Shown here: positions 40,728 to 53,950 of the stretch, in pieces
Layout of the letters: every line of letters begins with the position of its first letter
Position numbering within the stretch: the first letter of the stretch is position 1
DNA from: Rotaria socialis
Taxonomy: Eukaryota
Direction: 5' to 3'
Assembly (NCBI GenBank): GCA_905331295.1
Contig: CAJNYD010000571.1
Span: 1 to 64,000, forward strand
Length of the DNA stretch: 64,000 bases
Program-made: the position numbers and the translations under genes
The notes under the pieces: generated by a model
The model's input: the letters and a program-made list of their open reading frames with translations, nothing else
Databases searched by the model: none
Told to the model about the DNA's origin: nothing

Positions 40728-41034
40728 GAGTAGCTGTCTAATTCGAGTTCGAATATAAATGGAGAAAAGAAAAAGTTAAACTAAAACTAAATCTAGGAAT
40801 AGATTTAGTTTTAGTTTAACTTTTCGATATATCCGACATATGAATACATATCTACCCTTCACCCACACTCACATTTGAAGTATCCCGGGTACCCCTCCCT
40901 CAGCACCCCTTCCGGGTACCCTTCACCCACACCCACTCGATCTTAAACTAAATCTATTTCTACCACTTATTTTCGAATTGATACCATGCAGTTCGATGTC
41001 CATTTATATTCGAATTCGAGCTAGACAGCTACTC
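40728..41034. mobile_element. Foldback/MITE-like element with about 35-bp TIRs and an internal hairpin
   Basis: GAGTAGCTGTCTAATTCGAGTTCGAATATAAATGGA versus TCCATTTATATTCGAATTCGAGCTAGACAGCTACTC; perfect 25-bp stem at 40771-40824; direct repeat ACCCTTCACCCACAC; no clear TSD. Confidence 0.7.
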
Positions 41035-41379
41035 AGTGTATGGGGATGCTCATTGTTTTAATCTAAAAAAACTCATTAACCTATACCGGTACATATTTCT
41101 TCTATATCATATAATTATATTTTGTTTTGTTCTTCGTATTTCAAATAGTATCGTATCAGTTGAAAGATTTTGCGCGTAAGTTTCAATTTTCTTCAGAAAA
41201 ATCTCACTTTTCAAGTCAATCTGAAACCTTCTTAATGAAGGTTAGTAAATATCACAAATACCGTTTATTAAACTTCATGAAAGACCAGAATATTCGTATA
41301 TCGTAGGTAAATTTACATTTCATCTGAGAAAACTAGATACGACACGCAAATCTGCTAATCACTTTTTCATACAAGTTAC

Positions 41380-43088
41380 CTTGTTTATAATCTCTATTTT
41401 GATGCGCCTAGAAAGTTAACGCGAGTAATAGTATTCTATTAGATATTAGTAATCAAATATTTTCTTCTACTTGTGTACCTGCTGCCCAACATTACATTGA
41501 AATGTACCACCAAAATATGTAATGAATTTTTCTGTTAAACTTTTTAGCTTTTCTTCTTCAATATGATTGCCAATTTTCTTTTGAAAATCACTTGTTCTAA
41601 AGCATTGAGTATTTCAAATATGCTTTAATTCGATAATAATCAGAATAAACTCACTGTTTTGTCGTCGCATTTAGCCAAAGTTCTGTTATCGGTGACGGTT
41701 TATTCGTTTTTCTAGAAATATAATATTTCATGACCTTAATCAACCAATGGAACGCTTTAAAACTAACTGCTTTTGATTAAGTTCACTTGAATGTTGTAAT
41801 GGAGTAGTAATTGTTTTTGTACGATTTCGATTAAAATCATTTGTATAATACGATTCAGCTAATGCTTTTACTGATATAATTTCTACATTATTGTTGATAG
41901 ACGTAGATTGTTCAGGTGCTGAATATCGTTGTAATACTAATTTTTATAAATTTAATTACAAGAAATTAATAAAAAAAGAACAAAAATCCGACTTAGTCAT
42001 TGGATCTCAAATTCAGTTTCCGTATGTTTTTTACTTTGATATTTTCCTTAGGAATAAAATGTAAATTATTTCTGAGTACTTGAGCGTTGTTAACATGCAG
42101 GTCAAAATCTGCTACAACAATTATCCTTGTTTAAAAATATGGCAACAGCTACCAACACAGGTTACAAACTCGTTTAATACATTTGCGACACGGGTCTCAT
42201 CGTGAGAATTTTCCCACGCACTTATATTTTTCATTTTCGAATATTTACCGATAGACATTATCGTTTGTCAGAGGCGTTTACTTTATGGTTATGATTTTTA
42301 TCGAAGATGAATTTATACGCCAAACATTCATTAGTTATCTTATGAAGTATAACACTACCAGACTCCTATCATAGGTTACACAACGATCTCAACTCAACTG
42401 AGTATTAAAAGCTAAATTAATCTCACAGAGCGAGTACGATTAATGCTTATCCGATTTAAAAACCATACATTTACATTTTGTTTTCTCTGTACTTATATAT
42501 TCTTTCAATCATGTTTCACCTGAATTCGAGATAAAAAGAACTGTAGGAAGCAAAGCAGTCGATTTCTATTATACCTGCTGCTGGTTCTTTAACCGTATCT
42601 TGACTAGCCCAACGGCGCATACCACGTAAATGTTGTAACCAAGATGAAGTATACGTATCTTGATAAAGAAAAAAAGGCATAGTCTGAAAAAGAGTACCAT
42701 TGAAACAATGTTTACTATGATGATCTGTATCTTTCGCCGTATTGCGTAGCTTCGATTGATAAACTAAAACGATAATTTGTTTATCTAATTTTTCAATGGC
42801 TTAAAAATTACTAAAATAATTATCAAGATAATTAATAATATATCGCACTTGTTCTTCGAATGACAAATTTGTATCATAAAAGAAATCATTTAGACTTTTT
42901 CCAAATAACGTTTTATGTTCACTAGTATCGACATTCCATTGTTTGCTATGAAGATCATACGATAATATTAAATCCGATAGTGATGCATCTGTTCCATAAT
43001 AAAAAACATAATACGTTTGCGTTGGATTATCATACCGAAGGGAAAATTTTTTCGTTTCATTGATTTCTTCTTCATATAACGCTAACAT
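41380..43088 (-). pseudogene. Unknown multi-exon gene with one in-frame TAA (pseudogene, sequence error or micro-intron)
   Basis: The 95-aa ORF continues in frame past TAA 42803-42801 for about 75 codons to a GT donor near 42573; further in-frame exons near 41937-41768, 41712-41655 and 41597-41479. The 3' end is uncertain. Confidence 0.55.
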
Positions 43089-46000
43089 TTTAATCTTATT
43101 CTTTTTCTGTACAAAAACGAAACAGCATAGATCATCTTATATGAACACGTATCAAAACAAAATTGTTTATAGTACGTGTCTGTAGATAAGAGATAGAAAA
43201 ATTTTCAAATTTTGTTTTTCAATATTTTTAACATAGACAGATTATCTTTTTTTTTGAAGAATGTTTCTTTATTTATTGACGTTTCATGAAATTGACTGAA
43301 TAGAATATTGATAAGAATGCGCATCCTGGCGATGCTTCATTTATAATCGAAACCGACGGCGCATACGTGACACGATGACTACTTGAGATTATCTCGCAGG
43401 AACATATTTCCAACTGAAAACGACGTTGAATTAGTTATTTATCTTATCACCTATCTCTAGCAAAAATGTTAGTTCAAGCTATTCAAGTTCTGTTTATCTT
43501 AGAATTCATCGTCACTGAACAATGAGATTTGGATTTTGTTTAAATATCACTATTTTTTTGTGTTTCACTCGTGTTTTAGGTAAACCATTTAGCAAACGAG
43601 CTGATTCGATGTGTTTAAAAAAATCTTCTATGCCTATTGTTTTTTTTTTGAAAAGCTACAGCTGGCGTTCTTATTACGTACTTTGAATAAAAATAAACTC
43701 AATTAGGGCACCATATAACCATTGAAGAAGTCGGTAAAACGTCATCAATTGACATTAAAATAAATAGCTTAACAATAGATATGACATTGAAATAAAATGT
43801 ATTTGTTGGTCGTCCTCGTTGAAGGGGTTAATAGCTGAATTCGTTGAGAAAAACAACAAAAAGCACCATATGGGCTCTAAAGATATTATTAGTTTCTATT
43901 TAAAGTTTATGAATACTATTTTGGTAAGATTTTTAGCTTAAGGCATCTGATTCTTCGTTATCTGAATTATACATTTATAACTGAACGATTCCTTGTGAAA
44001 TTATGCAAATCATCAGCAACGCATAGATGTCTCATACGTTCTTTCGCAACCTTGAATTTTAACTAATTTTTATGTTGTGAATATTGATGAAAAAACGAAT
44101 CACTGAGAATTCTATTATAGAATCTACGATTCAATCTTTTCGAAGTACGCCAAGGTATTTACGACGACGAAGAATCATTGAATTTTTCCCATCAAAATAA
44201 GCTCGTTTAATGTATGCGTTATATAATTAGTTTTATGAATTTTTCTATAGAATTCAAAATGGCTTGTTCTCTACAAGTAGAGATGACTAACAAGTTTATT
44301 TGGAAAGTCTATTTTTAAAGAAATCGAACAAACAGCATCGCACTGACGCGTTGCATAGTCCAGAATATTTGCCGTTGAAAAATGGCTTCAAGCGAAAAAC
44401 AATTAGCATAACATGTTCTAAAGAAATATTTACTTTTTCGTTCTTTTTACTGAGAACGCTTTTCAATTGTAATTTTTTTTAAGTTTTCACGCAGCTTGAT
44501 GTTCGTCCAACCCTGAATAGAAGAACATCGTGATTGATTCAATGTCAATATCTTATTCTTATACAATCATATTGCATGCACTTTGACTAATTTATATATA
44601 GAACTAGTCAAGTTAAATATAGCCCTCAGATTTATGTGAAAGCCCGGAAGTTTGTTTTCTCTAAAATTAACTGTTGTATTAGACGATAAAAATATACTCA
44701 AATGATATTTATTTAAAGTTAACATAAGCAGACGTTCTTCAAGTATTAACTTTATGGTGTAAATTTCAACAAATTCAAATGTCAATATATTGATCGAGTA
44801 ATTATAGATGCATTAAACTGATATAGTTCGCATATATTTATTATCTTAACCTAATGTTTAATATTAATCATAGCTTTCTAACATTTGAATAGTGACCTCT
44901 CATATGCAGATATTTGTAGCAAAGGTCTGCAATGAAAATTGTTTCGATACGCAATTAATTGATGTCTCTTAATTCCATGGAAACGTTAAAATCTTGTTAA
45001 GAATGACGTTTCTTATAAGTAAATTGACTTATGGTAAAAAAAAATATTATTCATCCAAATAGTTCATTAGGTCTTCGTTTTGACAGATGCTATCTTTGAT
45101 TCCGGTATCATATTGAGCACAAGATTATATTTCGCGTACACTCATACTAATCGTTGAGTTCCTCCAGATCACACAATGGGCACAGAATAACGATTTTCTT
45201 CTTCTTGACAGAATGATATTACACTCCCGGAGGCACACTTCGCTACCGGATCACATCAAATATGGCTGAAATAACGCATTCAAACTGAATGCTTGCAACA
45301 TTTCCATACGGCTTGTGTTCTGTATCAAGTGTTCTTGATCTCAATAAGAAATGTATACGCACTACTTATAACTAATGACAAAGCATATATAAAGAGATTC
45401 TTCAATAATATAATTATTGTAAGATTAGTATTAAATTATTACTCTAGTCATGACCTTTGAAGTAATTGTTATCAGATGCCAACGTATTCAATATTTTATA
45501 TTCCAATTGACGCCTACTAAATGATATTAATAAACGTAAATTATCCCGAAATAAAAATAATGAGTTGTAATCACCTATCATTATAAATAAAATTTTATAA
45601 TCAATTCAGTGAAAACTTCCGACAAGTAATTTTATTTGTCGAACACGCTGTCATTATACTTACTCGTAGCACGCAATTAAATAGATTGAACAATAATTTG
45701 TTACTTCTGTTTTTTTTATTTTCATTGTTCTTCAAATGTTTAGTGTATGCATAGATTTTAGAATAATTTCATTTATTTTTAAAATGTCATTCGGCATTGA
45801 AGAATATTTACATTATCGATTTGATTAAAGATTGCACCAGCACTTTTTCTTGTCTGCCTATTTTTCAAGTGTAAACATGAAATAAACAAAAATTCGTTTA
45901 CTTTTTCTTTTCTGTACTTCATACAAGTACTCTCGAAAGGGCCTTGCACTCTTTTCTTTTTCAAAAGAAAATATTTTTGTTGTTGAATTATCATGCTCTA

Positions 46001-47239
46001 TATTTTATGTTTCCATCTTATGTCGCTACGTCTTGTTTTGCTTCAAGCATCTAATTATTATTCTACTAATGGCAGATAAAATTAGACATTAGTTTTTTTT
46101 CCCGACTATCACTCGCGCTACATAATCTTCGATATAAAGATATTGCTAATGTTGAATTGTGACATGAACAAAAATTAAATGACAAGTTAGTGAATGAATA
46201 AAAAAAAAAGAAAAGAGAACGTTCTATTGTAATGAGATATTTTACGTTAAAAACTAACTATTTGAATATAATTAAATTCTTATTGAATCAGTAATTATCT
46301 ATTTAGTCAAACCGTTACATATATTTTAAAGGTTAACATGTCCTACACCAGACAACACATTAAAAAAAACAATATGACATGTAAGGGTCTCATTTCTGTA
46401 ATACGCAGAAGCAATTGTTAACATAGATTGAATTCCTGTAAAATGGCGATTGCATTTTTAATGAGATTTTTTATTTCATTAAAAAAAGAACCACGTCCCA
46501 CTCGTCATAATTAATGAAATAAGCGATTAAACATGTACAAGCATGCTTCTCAACAGAAACGAAAGCATTTTTCACAATTAATAAGTCTTTGAAAAACAAA
46601 ACGAACAGCAAGACAGGGTGTTTTTATTGTGATCTCTTATATCTACTTTTATCAAATTTTATTTCACATAGTTTTTTTGTTTCACTTAGAGATCAACATT
46701 GAATGTGTCACAAATCATTTTCAAATTAAAAAAAAACAAATCAAACGATTTCTAGTTATAAACTTTGCAAGAAAAGAAAACAAATTTAGATTAAACCAAG
46801 CTTACAAACAACAGTGAATAACAACAAACAAGCAAACAACAATATTTGAATAAAAGGAAAAAGAAAAAAGAGAAAAAACTAAACAAAACAAAATAAATTA
46901 CGTATCACAGATTAACGAGATTCTGTCTTAAGGTCCTCATTATAGAAACGTATGTAGGTATATTCCCATTATTCGTTTTCTTTCATATTTTCATTTTGTT
47001 TTTCGATTGATATTCGCGAACACAATGAGAATATAACAAAAAGAACAACCAAAATCACAGACAATTGAAAGTATAAATAACTCGAAAATTTTTCTTTTCA
47101 GAATAAAAATAAAGTAACATACGAATCATGATGCGGCGTATAGTAGCACCATTCGACTAATGACAATTCATTTAAAATAATGATTGATCTTATAAATAGA
47201 ATCACTGTTGAGCAAAATTTTGTCCGTCACATGATTTTA

Positions 47240-50200
47240 CTATACGTTTCTGTTCGTTGAAAAGCCACCGATTCGACCATCTCTACAAATAGAATAATAT
47301 TCAAACTTGAGAATCAACCGTAGACAAAGCAAGGACTATTCTCTGATTTATGGAGGCTTTTTTTCAATAATAAAATATTTCAGTCAATGAAAATTTCTAC
47401 TCTCTCGATGAAAAAACTTCAAGCAAGTTGATTTGAAATCTAAATGCATATATATTAGCAGCAGGAGCAATAGTAGTAGCTATTGGCTTTTATTTTTAGT
47501 AGTTCTTTTGTGTACCTGAACTAAATTGCTTGTTATTTTCTTTTTTTCCATTATACTAAATTTACTGAATGACGAGAGAATTTTGTTTGCGAAAGAAAAA
47601 CATTATCAGGAAATAAATCGCAAGGATTTCCTATGTGCATGTGTCTTTTTTTTCTTCTGTATATCTTACCTTGCATAGGTAGTAAGATTTGTACAGAATT
47701 GATTCCATCTAAAAATCAGTTAAATTTAATCGAATAATTCAAAGAAATGCTTTTTTTTTTGAAAATAACTTACAATCCAACTTTATATTCAGACATTTTT
47801 TCTGATGGTAATAATTGTATTGATGTCATATTTAAGGGCTGCTCATTTAGCATAAGTTCATCATCAACATGAGTCATAAATTGTTGTGGTGTAAATACTT
47901 GATCACAACGAAAACAATGTATACAACGATAATCAGGCTCATTAAACCATGTTGGAAATAATTGTCCCATGGTATCAACTGATTTATTCGAATATGTTTT
48001 TGTATGTCGTACAACAAGTTTAGGTAATTTATCCATATCACAATAGCCACGTTCAGCAATAGCACGTTGTAGATCGATGCTACGTGCTCGAACATTGGGC
48101 AGAGTTAATTCATGTGGTGTGTTTGGTGGACTAATTAATATGGATGAATTTTGCGCAACAATAGATGTTGTTGGTGGTGCCCGAGACTGCAGTGGCGTTG
48201 GACGACGTGGCTGAGGATAGGGTTCCATTTTGCGTGTTGTCATTCCATTCATCGGTGTATTGAGTGGTGGATATGGATAACGCATAGATGGATTCATATT
48301 TGGATTTGATGTTGGAGGAGGAGCCGATGGCCAATTTGATGATGATGATGATGATGATGATGAAAAAGAAGATGGCGGCGGTGGCGGAACGAAATATGGT
48401 TTTGGAGATGGATAATGTGAATAGGGTGTAGTTGATGGTTGTGGTGGTACAGAATCAATACGACGTTGTCTTCGATTCATAGATGATGATAAATTTTGAG
48501 CATCGGGTGTTTGTGAAGGTTCACGTTTAAATGTTTGTGCTGTTGATGTTGGAACAGCATATTGACGATAGATAAGTCTTTCATTGGGTGTTAATTTATC
48601 TGTTGAATGTTGTGCTTGTACAGGTGGCTGAGGGAAACAGCAAGGTAAACGACATGGTAATGACGTAGGTGGTGATGCTTGCATTTTAATTGATACTTGT
48701 TGTTCAGGTGTTAATTGATGATAATAATTTGGTTTCCTCACAATGGGCATAACAAGAGACGATGACATGTGGTGATTATTATTATGATGATTGTTATTAT
48801 TATTTGATGGTGATGAATATATTAGACTATGAGAATTTTGTTGCATGTCATAGGAATTTGTTGTAGGCATTTCTTTTTGTTTTTTTATTGTTGGATATGG
48901 CATTGAAGAAGAAAATGGATAAACATAAGGATTTCCATTATTAAGACTTGTTGGAGGATGATAATGTGAAAGAGAATTTGATGGTTGTGGAATATTTTGT
49001 GATTGATCACGGTAGATATAAGATTCTTGATGATAAACACCATAGGATGATGAACGATAAGGCGATGGTGGCACTGGATGACGTAGAGGAGTTGGTTTTG
49101 TTAGCATAGCAGGATTATTAGGCCCATAAGGTATCGAACGTGATACAATATTCGAAGGCGTTCGTGTTGTTGAATCCAAAACAGGAACGTTTGGCAATAC
49201 GTTTGGTTTGCTTGTTAACGTTGGCTTTTTGCACTTGATTTTATGTCGTTGATTGGCAGGTTCGACATTTTCTTCAACATTAACAATCATAGGCATTGAA
49301 AAGCTTTCATCGGTTAAATCGATAGCTTCGGCTGGTGTTTTAGTATTTAGTTTTGTATTACTATCTACTAATGGTAAATTTTTAATTGATACGTTCTCTT
49401 TTTTATTACACGTTACCAATGATAAACTAGATGAACGACGTACGAGACTTTTATTTTGTTGTTTACGATAGGTGAACGACTTCGAACGGTATAGGCACCG
49501 TGAATAATTTGTTGATGATGTAGGTAAATGAACTTTGCTTGCACTTGACGTATCATTAATATCATTATTATATGAATTCAAAATACGCCATTTCTTTGGC
49601 ATGTTCATCACCGAAGATGATGCAGATAATGATGATGATGATGATGATGATGAACACAGTTTATTAATGGGAGTACCGTCTGTAGGGCTAGAAATTAAAG
49701 CTTGTTTTTAATTAATAATTCAATAGTATTTCAGAGAATCTTTTTTTTTCTCTTTGAGGTGGTTACACGAATACATATTTAATAACTATTATTAAATGTC
49801 TAGGATGATATTTCATGATTCTTGTTAATAACAGATATTTTCCTCACTCGTCTAGTGCTCTAGAATTATTTCTTAAGTCCCTTTGATGGAAAGAAAACCT
49901 CATTAATATTAGTTGATCATTTTCATTTCTTTAGAGATGATAAATTATTTGCAGAACATTGTACAAGAAGACTTAAAGAGAAATACTATCTTTCGGTAAG
50001 ATTCAAATATTAATTTGATGCAGCTATTTATATGAATAGAGATTATGCAACACTGATTTTCTAAGAAAATGAGAGACTTTAGTCTTGAATAGGCATTAAA
50101 AATCATGTAAACGGTCTGAACTTAATCCGTCGGTAGCGTAAGTCTCTGAATAAAAAACTCTATTTCAATTAATTTTTAATCTATCTACTTTCTTTGGATA

Positions 50201-52498
50201 ATACTTACAGTCATGAATCTTATATTAAAGATGAATAAAACTATGACTTAGAGGCTTAAGTATTTATTGGTTTTTCTTAGTGTTACTTAAATCCCATAGG
50301 TAACCAATTTTTATTTTCTATTTTGTTTTCTCTTTTTGATCTTGAATATTCACATGACGCTAAGAACTTGTTCGCCCGTACATGTCTCATCATCTATCAT
50401 GATATTTAACAAGATTGATTTCTATAAATAAATAATCATGTAAACATCTCGATTAATCAAAATTGATCAATTTTCTGTAATAAAAAAAAACAGGAAAGAT
50501 CGTAGCGTTTTTTATAGTAAAAACTAAACTCCAGAGGGGATTCCGTGTTTACATATTATCGAAGTTCATATGAACATGTTCTTTTTTCACAAGCATTAAT
50601 TTATAGACTACATGAAAATATTTGTTGTAGGAAAAAAAATTAAGATTTCGAATGGTCCAATGTTCTTGTGAATAGAGTAATAGTATTTCTATTTTTGCCT
50701 TTTCTTTTTCAATTAAAATCCTAATCAAATTCAATGGAATTTTTGAGGGTTGATGTTAATCAAACTACTTATACTTTCGAAGCTTTTTTTTATGAATAAT
50801 AAAAATTATTCTTACTCGTATGAATTCAATCGATTTACATTCATAGAGGTTTGAGTCGTTTGTTCATTATTTAAATTAAATCTTGAAACAGTTTGTTGGT
50901 ACTGTTGATGAAGTTTATCGAAATGCATATGTTGTGTACTGTCATTTTGTTGTTTAATAATAGTTGATTTTGATATGATTTCTGATTCGGTCGTTGCAAC
51001 CGTTGACGTTGATGTCGTTGTCGTCGTTGTAGTTGTTTCGGCACTAGTTGCTGTCGTAGTTGAAGAAACAGTTTCATTTGTTGAAAATATATTACAACTA
51101 ACAGGACCATTACATTGTATAAAGATTCCGAATTGTGTTGGTGCTAATGATGGTGTTTCATTTGGTTTAGGTTTTTTCGTGACGATTTTAAGGCGTTTCC
51201 GAGGCTCATCATTATGTTCATCGCCTGCGTCATCATCACCCGATGAGAGACGTTTCGTAGTCATTGGTAAATGTAAAACTGAAAAAAGAAAGCAAAAGAA
51301 AAAGAAACCTTTATTGTAATGTAAACGTATGCATGTATAAACAAATAAAAGGAAAAAAGGAGAGAATTCTCATTTTTACCTTTGTCCTTTAATAGAACAG
51401 GTGTTGGTGTTTGTCTATAGCTACGCATTTCATCAATTATTTGATTGATATTTTTTTCACGCTGTTGATTTTCATTTTCGTCTATAGAAAAACAAAAAGA
51501 CATAACTCAATGAAAATGAATAGATCAGAAAAAATAGATTCTAACTTAGATTTGTGAATGTTACAAGTAGTTGTCTTAGTTTATTTAAATAACTCGACGA
51601 ATTTATTGATATAAGCCGATAACGAGTATCATTAGATTTTTTCAATGATGGAATCTGTTGTTCAATAGATATTTTTTCTGATAATGTTACTTGCTTTATC
51701 ATGATTGATTCAGATTTCAATAGTAAATTTATGAATTCATCTAATGTGCATAGAGATGAAAATACTTTCAGATACAAGTCTTCTAGACAATAGAATATTG
51801 AGCCCATACGAGAGATGGTTAGTATGCTAGCGATATTATCAAATGAAATATTTGATAAAATAGAATCATTTGATGATAGTCCATAAGAATTTTCATTTAT
51901 AGAAAGACTTTTCGAATTCGTGCTATTCGACATCGTAGAAGATAAAAGATGTTTATGTGAATTTTTTCGACGAGCTATTAATCGACTTCGATTTTGTTGA
52001 AGATACGTTTGTCGCATAAAATTAGTCGGGAGAAAAAATGTTCGAATAAATTTATTTGATATTTTATGAGTGCGATCGTTTAACAACCGATTTGAGCGAC
52101 GTTTTCGAGTAGAACGAATTGATTTTGAATTAGTTATTGATTTCGTTATGAAATTTAATGAACGCTTGGATTTGTTTATAGATTGCTTGTCTAAAAGAAA
52201 TACAAAACGAGGAGGATTTTTCAAGATAGTTTTTGATTAGTAGACAAAGAATAAATTCTCATACCTTGTGAATAATTTGTTTTATATTGTTCATTCCGCG
52301 TTAGATTTTCTTTAGAATCAATTGTAGTTGTTATAATATTACTTTGTTCGTAGTCGTCATCAACATTTGTTTCATCCTCATCAAGGACAATTATTAATGG
52401 CTCATCAATATTATCTGTTGAAACAGGCGACGATATTAGATGATTACCAGCATAAGGATCGATGTTTTCCTCTTTAGTATCTGATTGAAAATTTTTGT
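47240..52498 (-). CDS. SKI/SKOR-like transcriptional co-repressor, about 1150 aa; first exon uncertain
   Basis: Exons 52498-52265, 52190-51546, 51481-51380, 51278-50816, 49687-47774, 47708-47670, 47282-47240 join in frame; C-terminal LVVRH...GQLFPTWFNEPDYRCIHCFRCDQVFTPQQFMTH resembles the c-SKI SMAD4-binding SAND-like domain; ISRMGSIFYCLEDLYLKVF...RYRLIS resembles a divergent Ski/Sno/Dac domain. Confidence 0.75.
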
Positions 52499-53931
52499 CT
52501 AAAGAAAAAATTTAAAACTAGTATAACATAGATGAAATAACTTCATTATCAGATATTTATTATTAAAATCGACAAAATAACCGAAATAGTTTGTCTAAGA
52601 TACATTGAATTCTTAAGAAACGACTAGAATGACGCAAATCAACATGGCATTATTAAGGCAGCGTTTCTCTTCCATTGATGTATAGGATGCATTAAGAGAT
52701 AAAATAAAATAAAAAATTACGTTTGTTCGCAAAAGGCAAGAGTGCCAGATGTATAGTTATATCTATGATTGTCTCTAACGAAAATAGGCAGCAGTTATCA
52801 GTTGATTTTTCCTCTTTTATCTATTCTGGGAACCATCGTTCGATTGTTTAACAAGTCGCGAAAGGACGCATTCGTTAAAATAAGAGCTTCTTAGAAAATA
52901 CACAAATTATAATCAAACAACAATGAGAAAGAAATTTCTTATTCTTGCTGACTATGAGCCAGCAAAGAAAAGAATACTTATAGAAACTTGTTTTCATCGT
53001 TGCAGGGTTAATAGTTATATCCAAGAACTCTCATTCTGCAAGACTGGACTTTTCAGGGTTTGTTTATTAATTTGAAATGGAAGTTTTGTAACAATATAAG
53101 CCTTAGCGAACGTGGCTAGTAGACATAATCAAAAAGGAACGAAGGAGAAATTATGCCTGTCGCTTTAGTTTAACCAGAAGAATATACCTGAAAGAAGAAC
53201 TTTCACTAAAATAATAATTATAATAAATCGTAACCGTAATGTAAAAAACGCATGACTGCCCAGAAATAGTAGAGTTCTCAAAATACGCTGTCTGACCCAA
53301 ACAAGAAAGATCAAACAAATTAAATGAATTCTTATTTTAGCATCCATTATATATAGTACTCGATGATATTCAGGTTTGCACTGAACAAAAAGAAGATATG
53401 CATACGCACGAGTACGTCGGAAAATAGATCAATCAATTGATTAATGTTAATAATAATAATATAAATAGGCAAGCACAAAATTAAACGGATCTAATTGTCA
53501 CGTATTCAGTGTTTACCGTGTTGATCTGATGCTAGATTTATGTCAGTCTCATTATAGTGTTGTTGATGTTGTTGCTTTTTATGATAATCGCTAGAAAATA
53601 TAGTTAGTTGTTCGAATATTCTATTATTACTTGCATGCTTAATCATCTGTGGACGAAAGTAATATTCATATGAAGTAAAAATCAAAAAGAACGTCTAGAT
53701 TTTGCTCAAATAATACGATGATAGACGATCATTTATTTAGATTTTAAAAGGACCAAGAGGAGATTGAAGAAATGAGACTGTAAAAAAAAAGAACGCGCGA
53801 GATTTCTATATAAATGAAAAAAAAGTAGAAGCAGAAGGAAAGAAGAAAAGAAAATTTTTCTTTTGTCTTCATTTTCCTTTTTTTCTCGTTGAGATTGTCT
53901 AAAAAATAAAGGAAAAAAGAAGAACTAATCG

Positions 53932-53950
53932 AGCAGCAGCAGCAGCAGCA
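53932..53950. repeat. Short (AGC)n microsatellite
   Basis: About six AGC units. Confidence 0.6.
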
